Source: Octopus sinensis (taxonomy: Eukaryota). From it: a stretch of 64,000 bases of DNA. Location: the NCBI RefSeq assembly GCF_006345805.1, contig NC_043009.1:32984001-33048000 (forward strand). Direction: 5' to 3'. The notes beneath the pieces are model-generated. The model was not told the origin of the DNA and searched no databases. It saw nothing but the letters and a program-made list of their open reading frames with translations. Of the stretch, positions 41,988 to 55,426 are shown piece by piece. The translations under genes and the position numbers were made by a program. How positions within the stretch are numbered: the first letter of the stretch is position 1; each line of letters opens with the position of its first letter.

Positions 41988-42188
41988 GTTTGTGTGTCTG
42001 TGCTTGTCCTCCCATCATCACTTGACAAACGATATTGGTGTGTTTACGTCCCTGTAACTTATCGGTTCGGCGTAAGTACCTATAGAATACGTACTAGGTT
42101 TACAAAGAATAAGTCCTGGAGTCGACCAGTTCGACTAAAAAGTATGGCCGCAGTCAAATGACTGAAACAAGTAAAATAGTAAAAGAAT
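41943..42188 (+). mobile_element. SINE family A 3' half
   Basis: Matches the 38070-38345 region of the full-length copy. Confidence 0.75.
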
Positions 42189-42569
42189 ATATATATACAG
42201 ACACTCACATATACATATGTTTAAGAGGGCGAATTAGTAGAAGGAATAGAGGGCTAGAATGCCTTTCCTCATTTGCCCATCATTCAAATTAGACATTCAC
42301 CTACATACACAGACGAACATCACAAACCCCAACAAACGTACACAAATATATTTGCACACCTCTACACTCATACACCGTAGACATCTCCGCACACCACCTT
42401 CTGATACCAAAACACGGTTACACTTTTATACGTGCGCACATACAGAACCACACCTTTCTCTTTTCTCAAACTCTTCATAAAACTGCATTCCCACTGGCTC
42501 CTAACCCAATGTCCGATTCTTCTCCTTTCATCCCAATGGCATTTTGTTTCTCGCTCTTCTTTTGTCTTT

Positions 42570-42603
42570 CTTCTGATGAAGGACTAACATCCTAAACGTT
42601 AAG
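42570..42603 (+). ncRNA. Degenerate hammerhead-like motif (G12U)
   Basis: CUU-CUGAUGA-A-GGA[CUAACA]UCC-UAAAC-GUU-AAG; all stems intact but the essential G12 is mutated. Confidence 0.45.
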
Positions 42604-42960
42604 TCTTTTCGATTTCGTTAATTGCATTCACAATACATGTGTGAAAATTTTTATTAATAATCTTTGTAATAGGTTTTATAAAGTTTGTCTTTAAATGTTT
42701 AGCGAGATGTATTATTACCCATGTGGTTTTATCTGGGTCTGCTTTAGTTGAGCATTGATTTGTAGTTAGAATATCATTTTTTCTGACACACACACATATA
42801 TATATATATATATAATTTATATGATGCGTGAAACCCGTTCACAATATTCGCTTACCTGATGAGTTCAACAGTATGGAGGGAGGTATAAGTTTATAAAATT
42901 ATGAAAGAAAACAATAGTGTCTCGTGAATTCTATTTCATGTGCGTGTGTGTGTGTGTGCG

Positions 42961-42999
<39 letters not shown>

Positions 43000-44384
43000 T
43001 GTGTGTGTATGCTGCGTGCGTACGTGTGAGCGTGTTTCTATGTATGTCTATAGTAAAAATCTTATATTTAAGATCTGAGGTGGAGATGTTGCTTGCACCA
43101 ACATTTTCTAATAAAGAGATAAGGAATATCGTGCATCTTCCTAGCAACGATATGGCACTTCGCCTGTCTTGTCAATGTTATAAACGTCTTCCGTTTCTAA
43201 CTATATTTTTCCAATGTCCACTTTTATATTCAGGACATACAGACATGTATAAGTATCTACGTAGCTATATATAATTATATATATATATATATATACATAT
43301 ATATATGTATGTGTATACATATACACATATGTATATATATACATATATATATATATATTATAAGGAAGTGTTTGTAAACATAATGTGTATGTATGCATGT
43401 ACATATGTGCATTTATACATATATGTGTCAGTGTGTGATATATATGTGGTGTGAGGAGATAAAGTCAGACAGACAGAGAAAACGGCAAAAATTTCATAGA
43501 ACGGTAAGAGTAGGTAAGTAATGAGTCAACATGCACTTTGCGATATGCAGTTTATATTTCGATCAATAGATGCTGTCACTTTGGACATTAATAATCAGTC
43601 GAGAGAATTAATTTTTTTATATAATTTTTACTATGCTACATGAACTTCCGATATAGCTGGAAATGGAAAATATTTCCAAGACTCTCTGCAGCCAGGAAGC
43701 TATGATATATGTCAATTGGCAAATATTCAAATGTAACATTAATCTATTGTTAATGTTCGGCAGTAAAAAAAATATACGTCGTTTTATTGTCAGAAATGTC
43801 TGCCCATAAGGTTTGTTAGTTGTAAAAACTAAAAGTATCATTTTCCATTCAATCAGTCCAGTTAAGCATTGATACATGTGATACCATAAAACACTTTTCC
43901 CAGTTTTCTGGAAATATAATTTTCTATTGACAATAATAATTTGTATCTTAAGTGGACGTTTCTGTTTTATATCAAGTCTTGGTCACTTTCCTGACCCTTC
44001 CAGATAATAGCTAGACGCTCAAGATTACTCAATCTTCTGAACGATTAAGTAAAGTCTATTTGTCTCGTCCACTGCTGATACTCTCCACCACATTTAGTAC
44101 TAAGGGAATTATTAGTGGGAGCCATTTTCTTTGAGTGCAAACTTTTTAGAGATTTTAGTTTATATACAGTTCATACGAAATATTGTGCTACAGTTTATAA
44201 GAAAGTGGTTAACTAAATTGCAAAGACGTAAAAGAGGATGCGTGTGTGTGTATGTTTGTGTGTGTGTGTGTGTGTGTGTTTATGTTTGCGTGTTTGTGTG
44301 TCTTTTACGTTTTATCTTTTTATTGTTTCATTCATTAGACTGCAGCCATACTGGGATACACACACGTAGATATATATATATATA

Positions 44385-44421
<37 letters not shown>

Positions 44422-44423
<2 letters not shown>

Positions 44424-44580
44424 GACGCGTTTCTTCCAGTTTTCGTCTACCAAATCCACTCACAAGGCTTTGGTCGTCCCGAGGCTATTAAAGAAGACAC
44501 TTGCCGAAGGTGCCACGTAGTGGCACTGAACTAACAACCATGTGCTTGGGAAGTAAGCTTCTAACCACACAGCCACTCCA
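44422..44580 (-). mobile_element. SINE family A 5' half
   Basis: Reverse complement of head and body up to the internal microsatellite. Confidence 0.75.
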
Positions 44581-44660
44581 ACATATATATATGTATGTAT
44601 ATCTGTATGTGTCTGTGTGTAAAAAAAACATACTTGCACATACACACATATACATATAGA

Positions 44661-44870
44661 CGAAGGGGTGCTGAAAAGTTCCTGGCTTTAAGGGTATCTG
44701 GAAAAGCCTAGTTGGAAGCCCAACCCTCTGAGTTCTTTTTTACAGTGCTTAAAATAACTGAAGGACCGCTTCGATAAATGTTTGAATGTGAGAGAGGAAT
44801 ATAGTGAATAAAATCATAATTAACTGATCCTTATTTTACCCAACGCCACCAAGATTTGAGCGCTACCTCG
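44661..44870. mobile_element. Mariner-type MITE (~210 bp)
   Basis: Left end CGAAGGGGTGCTGAAAAGTTCCTGG; degenerate right TIR CCAAGATTTGAGCGCTACCTCG followed by TA. Confidence 0.55.
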
Positions 44871-44889
44871 TACATATATGCATATACAT

Positions 44890-45612
44890 GTATTATATTA
44901 TATTATATTAAATTATATTATATTATATTATATTATATTATATCATATTATATTACATTATATATCATATATTATATTATATCATACTATATTATATCAT
45001 ATTATATTATATTATATTATATATATATTATATTTTATTATATATCATATCATATATTATATTATAGTATATCATATCACATTATACTATACTATATCAT
45101 AGATCATATTATATTATATTATATATTATATGTTATGTCATATCATATTATATTATATTATATAATCTTATATCATATTATATTATATCATAATATTTTA
45201 TATCATATATTATATTATATTATATCATATATCATATTATATCATAATATATCATATTATATTATATTATATCATATGTTATATTATATAATAGCATATT
45301 ATATTATATCATATATTATATCATATTATATCATAGTATATCATATTATATTACATCATATTATATTGCATTATGTCATATATTATATTATATTATAGCA
45401 TATTTTATTATATCATATATTATATCATATTATATCATAGTATATCATATTATATAACATCATATTATATTATATTATATCATTATATTATATCATATTA
45501 TATCATATATTATATGAAATCATATACTATATCATATCATATCATATTATATTATAACATATTATATTTTATTATATCATATTATACTATATTATATCAT
45601 ATTATTTTTATT
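44890..45612. repeat. Degenerate (ATATT/ATCAT)n pentanucleotide tract
   Basis: About 720 bp of low-complexity 5-mer variants. Confidence 0.9.
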
Positions 45613-45614
45613 AT

Positions 45615-45996
45615 ATGCCGGGTTCAGTCCCTCTGTGTGGCACCTTGGGCAAGTGTCTTCTACTGTAGGCTCGGGCTGACCGAAGGCTTGTGATTGGTTT
45701 TGTTAGAGGGAAACTGAAAGAAGCCCGTCGTATATATGTATATATATATATTATATATTATATAATATATATATATGTATTTGTGTGTATATGTTTGTGT
45801 GTTTGTGCTTGTCCCTCTAGCATCGCTTGACAATCGATGCTGGTGTGTTTACGTACCCGTAACTTAGCGGTTCAGCGTTAGTGACCGTTAGAATAAGTAG
45901 TAGGCTTACAAAGAATAAGTCCTGGAGTCGATTTGCTCTGTTAAAGGTGGAGCTCCAGCATGGCCGCCGTCAAATAACTGAAATATGTAAAAGAAA
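45615..45996 (+). mobile_element. SINE family A, head truncated
   Basis: Starts at CCGGGTTCAGTCCC and runs to the family A tail. Confidence 0.8.
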
Positions 45997-46311
45997 ACCA
46001 AGAAAAAATTGTATATCACACTGTTTTGCAACAATCGTTCCGGCTCTCTACACTCGCTGTCCAAATTCTTCAGAAGTCAACGTTTCCTTTTATTTTTCTG
46101 TAATCCATAAAGAATATATCAGTATTGTACCTAAGTCAATTCTCCTCTTTCTTTGTTTATGTTCCTCATTTGAGATGAAGTTTGCTGTGATCCCACCTCG
46201 GAAAAGGATTTTATATAATTTTATATAAATGTCATAATTAAAATTAATGTAAAGACTTCTTATCCCACGATGGGGCAATTACAACACCGTCAACGTGTTG
46301 AAGGTCTGAGG

Positions 46312-46348
<37 letters not shown>

Positions 46349-46404
46349 TAGATAGATAGATAGATAGATAGATGGATGGATGGATAGATAGATAGATAGG
46401 TAGG

Positions 46405-46473
<69 letters not shown>

Positions 46474-46497
46474 GGATGGATGGATGGATGGATGGAT

Positions 46498-47575
46498 ATG
46501 TTTCTTTATTAGCCACACAGGGCTGCACACAGATAGAACAAATTACAAGGTAAAGCTTTTCTTTTGAAGGTTTAAAAAAAAAAGGAAGGGGGAGTTTCGA
46601 TCAAAAGGGTCGTAAAAGGAGAGAAAGAGGACAAAAAAAGGGGGTTTTAAAAAAAAGGGGAGAGGAAAAAAAAAAAATTGATCAATAGGGATCGTTATCA
46701 CAGAATTGTCAATATGAATGTAAAGGGGAGGACAGGTGAGGTTTACCCGTGGAAAGAAAAGCCTACGGAAAAGACCACGGTAACCTCGGTCAATGGAGTC
46801 ACATGTTATATTTCTTTTTTTTTTTTGCAATAAGCAACTCTCTGTTTTCAATTTCTGGGTTCATAGGATCATGCTCAAGGTGGCTTCGTCATTCATACGT
46901 GCCATTCTTGCTACATTCACCCATCTTTTTTTAAAAAACATTCGCTAGAACAAAACTTACCTCTCTACTCTCACTTTCCTTTCAAGTGGTACTTGAAGAA
47001 GTTGATGAGAGATTGACCAGAGAGGAAAGTGTTTGTCTCCAATCCTTTCAGACGCGTCCACCAGATACATTCTTTCGCCATAGCCACAAGGATGCTAAAA
47101 ATAGCTCTTCCTTCCCGTTTGAAGGAAGGAAGCGTGACAATATTGATGATAGACTCAGCTGATAAACCGACTCGTCCCACACGTGACAGCAGTTGTTCGA
47201 CATAAGCCCACAGGTCGGAAATTGTTGGACACTGCACGAGTGCGTGCAGAACGGTTTCGTCGCTCTGACCGCATCTCGGGCAGGTCGGACCCGTGTTTCT
47301 CGAGCCGTGTCTGTAGAGCTTATCCCGAACGGGTAGCGCTTCTCGGTAGCACTGCCAGGCCAGGGATCTCTGAAGTTGTCCATGAGCCCTGGCCCAAAGT
47401 CGTCCTGAACAGGCGGGTCAGGTACTCCTCGTCGACGTCCAGGTTCGCCCCGAGCTCGTCGTCGTACCTCCCCTCCACTAAACCCCTATAGAATGCTTTG
47501 GTTGTGTTGAAGTCACTCAAGGTCGACCCAGGACGGCAGAGTTGCTTGAGAGCAACGCGACACTCGCGGTGCCAG
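46498..47575 (-). mobile_element. Tx1/L1-clade LINE, 5'-truncated (~1.1 kb), embedded in (GATA)n
   Basis: ORF2 C-terminus SLAWQCYREALPVRDKL..CPRCGQSDETVLHALVQCP (CCHC finger)...KECIWWTR; pyrimidine-rich 3' UTR with AATAAA; GATA/GGAT arrays on both sides. Confidence 0.85.
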
Positions 47576-47584
47576 ATAGGTAGG

Positions 47585-47678
<94 letters not shown>

Positions 47679-48276
47679 TGCAATTTTCGAACAGTAACAA
47701 TGCGTGCTCAAAATCGCAATGGTGGATAAATGGATGAATATTCTTTATTTGTGAATATACAAATTAAGCAAAAGATTCCTGTGGAAATGATCTCCACATT
47801 TCCTCAAGGATTGTTGGTATACCTCTCCGTTTTAGACGGCATTCTCATCGAAAAGGGAACAGAGTATTTACATTCCCAAGTGGTTTGCTTGAATAACTTT
47901 GCATATCTACCGACATGAAACCGTTGGTTATAGTATACTGTTCCATGAATATGAGACGAAAACAACAAAGTCCCCTATATGTTGCATAATGAGCACAGTG
48001 TATGTTTCCATGAGCTACCAAGAGAATAGAGAAAATACCCGACAAGCCGAGAAGGTAGATGTACAATGTGGAAGGGTGAAAAAAAACAGGAAACAATGGG
48101 AAAAACGAAAAAGGAAAACAGAAAGAGAAAAGGCGGAAGAAATAGAATTATTCCACTCTGACCGTAAAGCCATGATAATGCTGAATGGATGGGGGTATAG
48201 AGCCTGCAGTACAACCGTTCTGTTCGGGAGGGTGGTAGTTTCGAATTTATCAACAGGAACTTATCCAAGTGCTTAC

Positions 48277-48329
48277 ATCCGCTGAAAATTTCAGATGTTG
48301 AATTCACCTTTGCAGTGGTGTTCTTAGAT
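48277..48329 (-). other. Candidate 53-nt exon (alternative 22-nt form 48308-48329)
   Basis: Branch-like CTAAT plus TGATTTTCTCCTTTCCAG acceptor; donors GAT|GTAAGC or AAG|GTGAAT. Confidence 0.3.
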
Positions 48330-48529
48330 CTGGAAAGGAGAAAATCAATTAGTGAAATTAGTAATTTTCGCCAAGACAGTGTTATTAAGAAGGCGATATA
48401 ATGATAATAATCATTCCTACTATCGGCACAGGAGAGGGGAATAGTCCTCGACCTAAGTGAATAACTGATAATTTTTTAATTGATTCTGAAAGCATGAAAG
48501 GCAAAGAGCGACCATGGTGTCATGCAGAA

Positions 48530-48723
48530 GGCCTGAAATTTGAGGACAGGTGAATATTCGATTACATCGACCCCAATGTTTCACTGGTATTTAATTTATC
48601 TACCCCGAAAGAGTAAAAGGCAAAGTCGACCTCGACGGAATTCGAACTCCGAACATGAAGATATAGGAAATACCTCTAAGGACTTTGCCCGGAGTACTAA
48701 CAATTCTGCTAGCTCGGTGCCTT
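48530..48723 (-). mobile_element. SINE family B copy
   Basis: Reverse complement of family B (GGCAAAGTCGACCTCGACGGAATTCGAACTC). Confidence 0.75.
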
Positions 48724-48740
48724 TATAATAATAATATGTT

Positions 48741-48833
48741 GAAGAAGAAGAAGAAGAAGAAGAAGAAGAAGAAGAAGAAGAAGAAGAAGAAGAAGAAGAA
48801 GAAGAAGAAGAAGAAGAAGAAGAAGAAGAAGAA
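48741..48833 (+). repeat. (GAA)n microsatellite
   Basis: About 31 perfect units. Confidence 0.95.
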
Positions 48834-49713
48834 ATGTAATGCTTGGTTTATTTAATGCTTTATTTATAACATAAGTTTAAGCGTCACATTTTATAAAAGA
48901 ACACACACTGTTATCATCTCTTTTCAGAGCAATATTAATTTTTTCTATTCTTATGTACCAATGACATTCAATTAATATATTTGTTTAATGTGGAATATTG
49001 AATGTTTTTCTTCACTATACCTTTCTTGTCAAATTATATTTTTCAAAATTGCTTATCCTAGAGAACTCATTCTATTATGAATAACCGTTTTCTTAAAAAT
49101 GAGGAAAATTTAAAATTTTCTCGAATAAGTTTTCTGTATAATTTTTAACAGAGGGATTACCCCATTCATTTCATCTACCTTAAGCAGTCTTTTCCTACAA
49201 GCAAGAATACTTATTGCACCAATGTATAATTTCGTGTTTAGTTTATTTTCTACCACTTCTGGCCTCTTGTTATACAGTGAATGCCGAAATCTTCAATGCT
49301 CCACAAAGAAGGTTTTCGTCATGCGTAAAGGCGGATCTATGGGGAACAGATCTGTGGAGCGTAGTTGAAAGAGCTGCAAGAAACTTTAGCCAATGTTTGC
49401 CATTTAATCTATCACAATTGTTATTCTAAGTCATTCTGTTTGTTATATTTATTACCATATATATAGGTGTGTGTGTGTGCGCGTGGGTGGGTGTATGCAT
49501 TTAATATATAATAATATATATATATATATATATACACAAAGACACAAACATACACACACACATATGCACAGATTGTATATATATATAATTCTGGTGTCTC
49601 AACTTAAGTACCATATTCATCTGAATCTAAATTTTTGGTATATATATATATATATATATATCTATAATATATATATATATATATACAAAAAAAAAGCACA
49701 GAATAGATTAGTT

Positions 49714-49800
49714 TTTAGTACAATTGTTTCATACGAACAGCTTTATTAAAAGCTGCAAATATTGCAGCAAATACAAGTGTCCCCGTACTCATCAGCCAAA
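49714..49800 (-). ncRNA. Type I hammerhead motif with long stem II insert
   Basis: UUUGG-CUGAUGA-GUAC[~50 nt]GUAU-GAAAC-AAUU-GUA-CUAAA. Confidence 0.7.
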
Positions 49801-50051
49801 ACACATATGAGTTTCCCAAACATCCTAGGGGGTGAGGCTACACTCATGAAGTATCGAAGAGAGTTCTATAAAAAGCAAATTTAGATTGTAAGCAGACTTC
49901 TAAAGTTCTCTAATGATGCACAGTTTTATAAAAGGTTTTAAAAAAGCTTGTTAGCTTCACAGAAAAGGTAAATCCATCCATAGTAATGTAGGTGTAATTT
50001 CCGTAGATATGAGGAGATGTGTGTTTTCCGTAGATATAAGAAGATATGTGT

Positions 50052-50140
50052 TTTGGCTGATGAGTACGGGACACTTGTATTTGCTGCAATATTTGCAGCT
50101 TTTAAAAAAGCTGTTCTTCGTATGAAACAATTGTACTGAA
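50052..50140 (+). ncRNA. Type I hammerhead motif with long stem II insert (inverted partner of 49714-49800)
   Basis: UUUGG-CUGAUGA-GUAC[...]GUAU-GAAAC-AAUU-GUA-CUGAA. Confidence 0.65.
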
Positions 50141-50325
50141 AAACTAATCCATTCTTGTTGCTTTTTTCTTGTTTATAATCACCCCACGTTACTTTACGGT
50201 TAATACCATATAGATTTCTGGTGCATCTAAGTTAAGTACCGCATTCATGTGAATTAATTGGAACTCACTTGAATCTTAATTGCTTTTACTGAATATTATA
50301 TATATATATATATATATATATGCGC

Positions 50326-50435
<110 letters not shown>

Positions 50436-51591
50436 TCCTTATATTTATATTTTTGAAATTGTTCTAATGCATTTTTAATTCTTTATAACAAGTGCTGTGT
50501 AACATTTTGATTTTGATTTTGATTTTGATCTCATTCTAAACTGAACACTTCTTAGAAATACATTTATCTTGAATCATATTTTGATCTAATTATTGGTTAT
50601 GCGGCAATAAGTATCCAATAGCTGCAACATGTCTACATATTTTCAATGCAATAATTGGTATAATTTTTAAAGATAGATATGTTGCTTACTTCTCAAAATC
50701 TGCCATACCTATCATATCATTCTTCGCGTTTACTTTTCATCAGTTTATTTAAGAAATTAGTTTCTTTTTCACATTGTACGTATATAATATCTTATATTAT
50801 AAGTTCCATAACGCCAACGCCGACACTAACATATATTTACTCGTCCATCGACGAAAGCTTGATACAATATTATGCAATACTGTTACTTCCTTTCCTTTAA
50901 CTACATTTCTTACTTTTCTCTGAAATTGTTTCCATTCTATGATTTATAATGAATTTTTAATAACAAATGTCAAGCATTTACACGATAACAATCTTACAAC
51001 GTTCTTTTCTAATAAATCTTTATCTCTCCAACCTCTTGATTAAGATATATATAACATCAATTTTCTCTGACCTCCTTCAGTATTTTTCATAAGGTACGTT
51101 TTTTTATATTCACTATATATATTACATATATTTTGTTTTTCTTTCCATTGTCTTCTTGTTTTTATTTTAATCAGTTATATTTAAAACGAGTAAGTTTTTA
51201 GCTCCTCAAAATATTATTTCCCTTCATTTAGGTTTTAAAGTTTAATATGCCACATTATATGAAATTGAGCAAAGCTAACAACTCTTTTAACGACAATATT
51301 AATTCTTTCATCACTTACCTGTTCTATCGATAATTCACCTTTATTTAAATAAAATACGTGTATAAAATAGATTATTGAATTATTATATAAAAAAACGTAT
51401 GCTATTCATTTATAAAGCTTAAAAATATTTTACTTTTATAATTCATATTATTGTACTTTAATATTGTTCAATATCCATATAATATACACAAACCTACATA
51501 TATGTATACACTGAAGCGCATTTATATGCGATACACACACTCACGCAGTCACGCGCACACACATACCACACACACACACATATATATATAT

Positions 51592-51622
<31 letters not shown>

Positions 51623-52830
51623 AAGAGGGATATATCAATCTATGTATATGTCCCTACTATACACACTTATCTACAAACCTTCTCTCTCTCTCCCTCATCA
51701 ATATGTGTGTGTGTGTGCGAATGTTTACATATGTGTGTATGTGTATTTGCATTGGTGTTTAGCACCTTATCAGATCCCACTATGATTACCTTTCCATCCG
51801 CGAAAATATCGTGTTTTTAATGGCATGCTGGATTAGTTTATCGAGAAGATATCTTCCATATTTCCGACTATATACATTGCTAACTTGGTGGGATTTAGCT
51901 GTGATTTTTAACAAATCACATGACATGGTTATGTGGAGGTCATCCACTAGTACAATGTATACAATGTAGGTGAATGTAGACATACACGAAGAAACACAAT
52001 AACAAGATTTTGTACCAATTGCAATTGAACGCACTCTAACGATAACCACGTCCGCCATTTCTCTTGCAGTAACGCAAACTGTACGATTAGCTAAAGCGGG
52101 TTCATAACACAAAGCTTACTGACATTTTCGATTGAATTTCCGACAAAGTTCACTTATCGGTGAAAGGCTATTTTTATTTCAGTCATTGACAGCGACTAAT
52201 TGTGAAAATGGCTTCACTGCTTCAAATATCGTCACTAAGTACTTGTCACGGTATTTTTGTATCTTTTTCAGTCTTTCGTTGCTTTCTCTCCAAATAGTTT
52301 AATATCAAAAAGTATTTCCGTGATATTTTGAAATATCACAAGATATTGTATAAATATATATATATAAATAAACATATACGTGCATTTATGTGAATACACA
52401 TACATATACATACATTTATATATAATTTTATACGTATATGTATGCATATATATAAATATATACACATATATATATAAATATATACACATATATATATCAA
52501 TATATATATATATGTATATAGGCACACGCGCGTATGTATTTTCTCCCAAAACTTATCAAACTTCAAAATAAAACTTTGTGCAGATATATTTATTTATTCA
52601 AAAGGTTGTGTAGCTACGTGGGTATGTCTATTTATATATATGAGTATTTACATGAAGCTACCTGCGTATAAATATAGCCGCCAATATTTATGTGAACACA
52701 TAACTTCACACGCGAACTTAAATATGTATATGCATACACAACTACACATATACGTGCATATGTATATGTGTGTGTGTGCGCATGTATGTGTATGTATCTT
52801 GTGTATATATATATATAAATATATATATAT

Positions 52831-52895
52831 CAGCGGTGGTGCCCCAGTATGGCCGCGGCATTCGGGCTAAAACATTTTTAAGGATTTAAGGATTT
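52831..52895 (+). mobile_element. Very short LINE/SINE 3' tail fragment
   Basis: GGTGGTGCCCCAGTATGGCCGCGG...CTAAAAC followed by AAGGATTT repeats; resembles the tail at 23625-23680. Confidence 0.5.
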
Positions 52896-52948
52896 ATACA
52901 TACATGCATACATATATAATACATATATATATGTGTATGTATATAGTA

Positions 52949-53003
<55 letters not shown>

Positions 53004-53008
<5 letters not shown>

Positions 53009-53200
53009 TATCCAAACAAGAAAACACAAAAAAACACAACGCGAGGACGTGGAACAAATAAAGTATTATTGGACGCTCAGGAAAGAAGGAAGAAGAAGGG
53101 TCTAACGTTTCGAGCGGAGCTCTTCGTCGGAAACATAGGAGAAGGAAAAATCCCGAGAAGGGAAGACAGAGGAAAAAAAATCGCCAGCGGTACTCACGAG
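53004..53200 (-). mobile_element. Penelope-like pseudo-LTR fragment with hammerhead-like motif at 53101-53133
   Basis: Near-identical reverse complement of about 26555-26748, including the CCGACGA core. Confidence 0.65.
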
Positions 53201-53332
53201 GTCATACACACACATATCTGCAAGTATATGTATATATATATATGTGTGTGTATATATATATATATAAGCATGTATGTATTTATGATTGTATGTATGTATG
53301 TATGTATGTATGTATGTGTGTATGCATACAAG

Positions 53333-54050
53333 CTAGGTGTCCCGTCGATGCCGGGTAGTTTTCACAATAGAATGCCTTGGAAGAGTTTCGGATAGCGCAC
53401 TCACAAAAGCTGGACCTTTTCCGTTTTGACGAGAGTTTTTTTCTATTTCTCTCCACCACACCCTTGCGAATGATAAGTGGAATACTTCTATGAAAATAAA
53501 TTTTTGGAAGTTATGAATCCCCTCTCCCTACACCTCGCCCCCACTCTTCTTGACCGATCTTATGAATTCCTTTTTGCAGTACCCACTTAAAAACTTTGGA
53601 AGACACCATTTCGCTAAAAATATTTTTTTGTTTTCGAAAATCTTTGAATTCTTTCAAACCCTCTCCCCGACTCAGTACCGGTTTTTACCTTTTGTTTTTA
53701 GCTCTAAACGATGACTGAAGCCTGGAAGTTTAAAAACATTTTGAAAATTGCGAACACTATTGCAATCCCCACTGCCTTTATTTTCAACCAGAAAATGAAA
53801 CGTAGTTTAAAAACAATAGTGAAACTATTTTAATTTATTAATTAACACTTCACCACCCACCCCATAAATCCTAAGATTTCGGCTTTTTTACGAAATATTT
53901 TTTAATCATAATTCTAAAATACGGTCAGTGCGAATCTGAAAATGTGTTTTTTTTTTATAATTAGAATATAATTTTCAGACGAAAATGTGTGATTTATGGT
54001 TTCTAGCACATGCCACGATTACCTAGTACCTTTATCATTCTTTGTCTTTG
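53333..54050 (-). mobile_element. Possible non-autonomous Helitron
   Basis: Terminal CTAG next to a CCCG..CGGG hairpin (53341-53355), in the same style as 58363. The other end is uncertain. Confidence 0.4.
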
Positions 54051-54437
54051 AACATTTTCTCCCCATTAACACATTTTATGTAATGCTGATGCGGTGGAAC
54101 TTAAGTAAGCAACAACAAAAGAAATTTGTAATTTAAATTTTTAATCCCCCACCCCCTCATAAAGTGAACCTCTGTGTTTGTGTTGTGTGCATGCATGTAT
54201 GCCGGTATGGATGCATGTATGTGCGCGTGGATGTATGTGCGTATGGATGTATGTATGTGTGTGCATGTGTAAGTGAGAAAAATCATATTTACTAACAGAG
54301 TCGACCTTGCCTTTCATCTTTTCGAGGTCGACAAGATAAGTACCAGCTGAGCAATGTAATCGACGTAATCCCTCTCAAGCACTTGAGGCTTTGTACCTAT
54401 TGTGAAAGGGTTATTTATTTAAAATAGATTGAACAAC

Positions 54438-54480
54438 AATACTGATGAGGTCGGAAGATCAAAACCTGTTCAAGGTTGTC
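54438..54480 (+). ncRNA. Degenerate hammerhead-like motif
   Basis: CUGAUGA-GGUC[GGAA]GAUC-AAAAC-CU[GUUCA]AG-GUU; G12A, stem I broken. Confidence 0.35.
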
Positions 54481-54822
54481 CACGGTGCATAGTTTTCTAT
54501 CTTAAATACGTAAATTATTTTTTCTGAAATGAACTGTAAATTTCATTGTCCTTTAAACTGTCTCAGGGATGCCGTTAGGTTTGCTTTTATACATTTCACA
54601 GCTTGGAGATAAATTTCATCAGAGAGGAAAAAAGGAAATCTATTTTCTTGAGAAATGTCCGTAAAAAAGGAAAGGCATAGGTACAAGTACTTATACACAC
54701 ACCAAACATACAACACACTCCCATTAATATAGATTGATTGATACATGGATATATAGGTAAATATAGGTAGATACATAGATTAGAGTTGGCTGCATTGGTG
54801 GGTAGGTGTATATATATATATA

Positions 54823-54859
<37 letters not shown>

Positions 54860-54861
54860 TG

Positions 54862-54952
<91 letters not shown>

Positions 54953-55150
54953 GTGTGGATATGTTTTTCAGTGCGCGCAAATATGTGTCTACGTTTGAAT
55001 ATTTACTAAATGCATACTCACACTCCGATCCAAACACACTCACAGACGTATATACACAAGCATGCATCTGTGTGTGTGTGTATGTAACATTGATATTAAA
55101 ACTATATGTTTGCATGTATAGATAGATAGAGATTGATTATATATACATAT

Positions 55151-55182
<32 letters not shown>

Positions 55183-55368
55183 ATATATACATATATATAT
55201 ATACACATATATATACACACACTCACACAATATATATATTATATATATAGATATATACATACATATACATACACACACACGTATACACATATATGAATAT
55301 TACAGATATAACTACATACATATATTATAAGCATAGAAATCAATCTGTCTATAAATAATAAGTAATAT

Positions 55369-55426
<58 letters not shown>

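Noticed and set aside
42825-42870. GAAAC..GTT..CTGATGA order suggesting a type II hammerhead
   Set aside because: Stems I and II do not pair.
44856-45693. 180-aa and 106-aa Y/I/H-rich ORFs
   Set aside because: They arise from the degenerate pentanucleotide tract.
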